Part shown: positions 63,996-64,000 of the stretch, piece by piece
How positions within the stretch are numbered: position 1 is the stretch's first letter
Layout: each line of letters begins with the position of its first letter
DNA from: Octopus vulgaris
Taxonomy: Eukaryota
Direction of reading: 5' to 3'
Assembly: GCA_951406725.2 (NCBI GenBank)
Contig: OX597814.1
Coordinates: 111,538,001-111,602,000 of the forward strand
DNA: 64,000 nucleotides
Program-made: the position numbers and the translations under genes
The notes under the pieces: model-generated
Seen by the model: the letters and a program-made list of their open reading frames with translations, nothing else
Databases searched by the model: none
Told to the model about the DNA's origin: nothing

Positions 63996-64000
63996 CAGAA

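Overview
AT-rich, repeat-dense eukaryotic genomic DNA. The SINE repertoire, microsatellite load and giant introns suggest an animal, most likely an octopus (inference). The only host gene I can support is the 3' part of a plus-strand ZNRF1/ZNRF2-type E3 ubiquitin ligase. Three small coding exons (17787-17882, 33526-33631, 61725-61782) splice in frame into a C2HC zinc finger plus atypical RING, separated by introns of 15.6 kb and 28.1 kb; the upstream exon(s) are not in the window. Nearly all listed ORFs are spurious. The introns contain tRNA-derived SINEs, RTE/RTEX/CR1-type LINE fragments, piggyBac-like and Tc1/pogo-like MITEs, a probable Helitron, a 31-bp minisatellite and microsatellites. 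The most unusual signal is a set of non-coding elements carrying minimal type I hammerhead-ribozyme motifs of the kind known from Penelope-like elements. One family joins a tRNA-like Pol III head to a hammerhead-bearing tail and inserts as an inverted two-arm structure, bounded by a single target-site duplication at two of three loci. Other signals are SINE dimers inside single TSDs, combinatorial SINE head/tail swapping and MITE dimers with a shared spacer. All calls were made by eye without alignments or folding software; repeat boundaries are approximate (about 10-20 nt), while exon boundaries were counted exactly.
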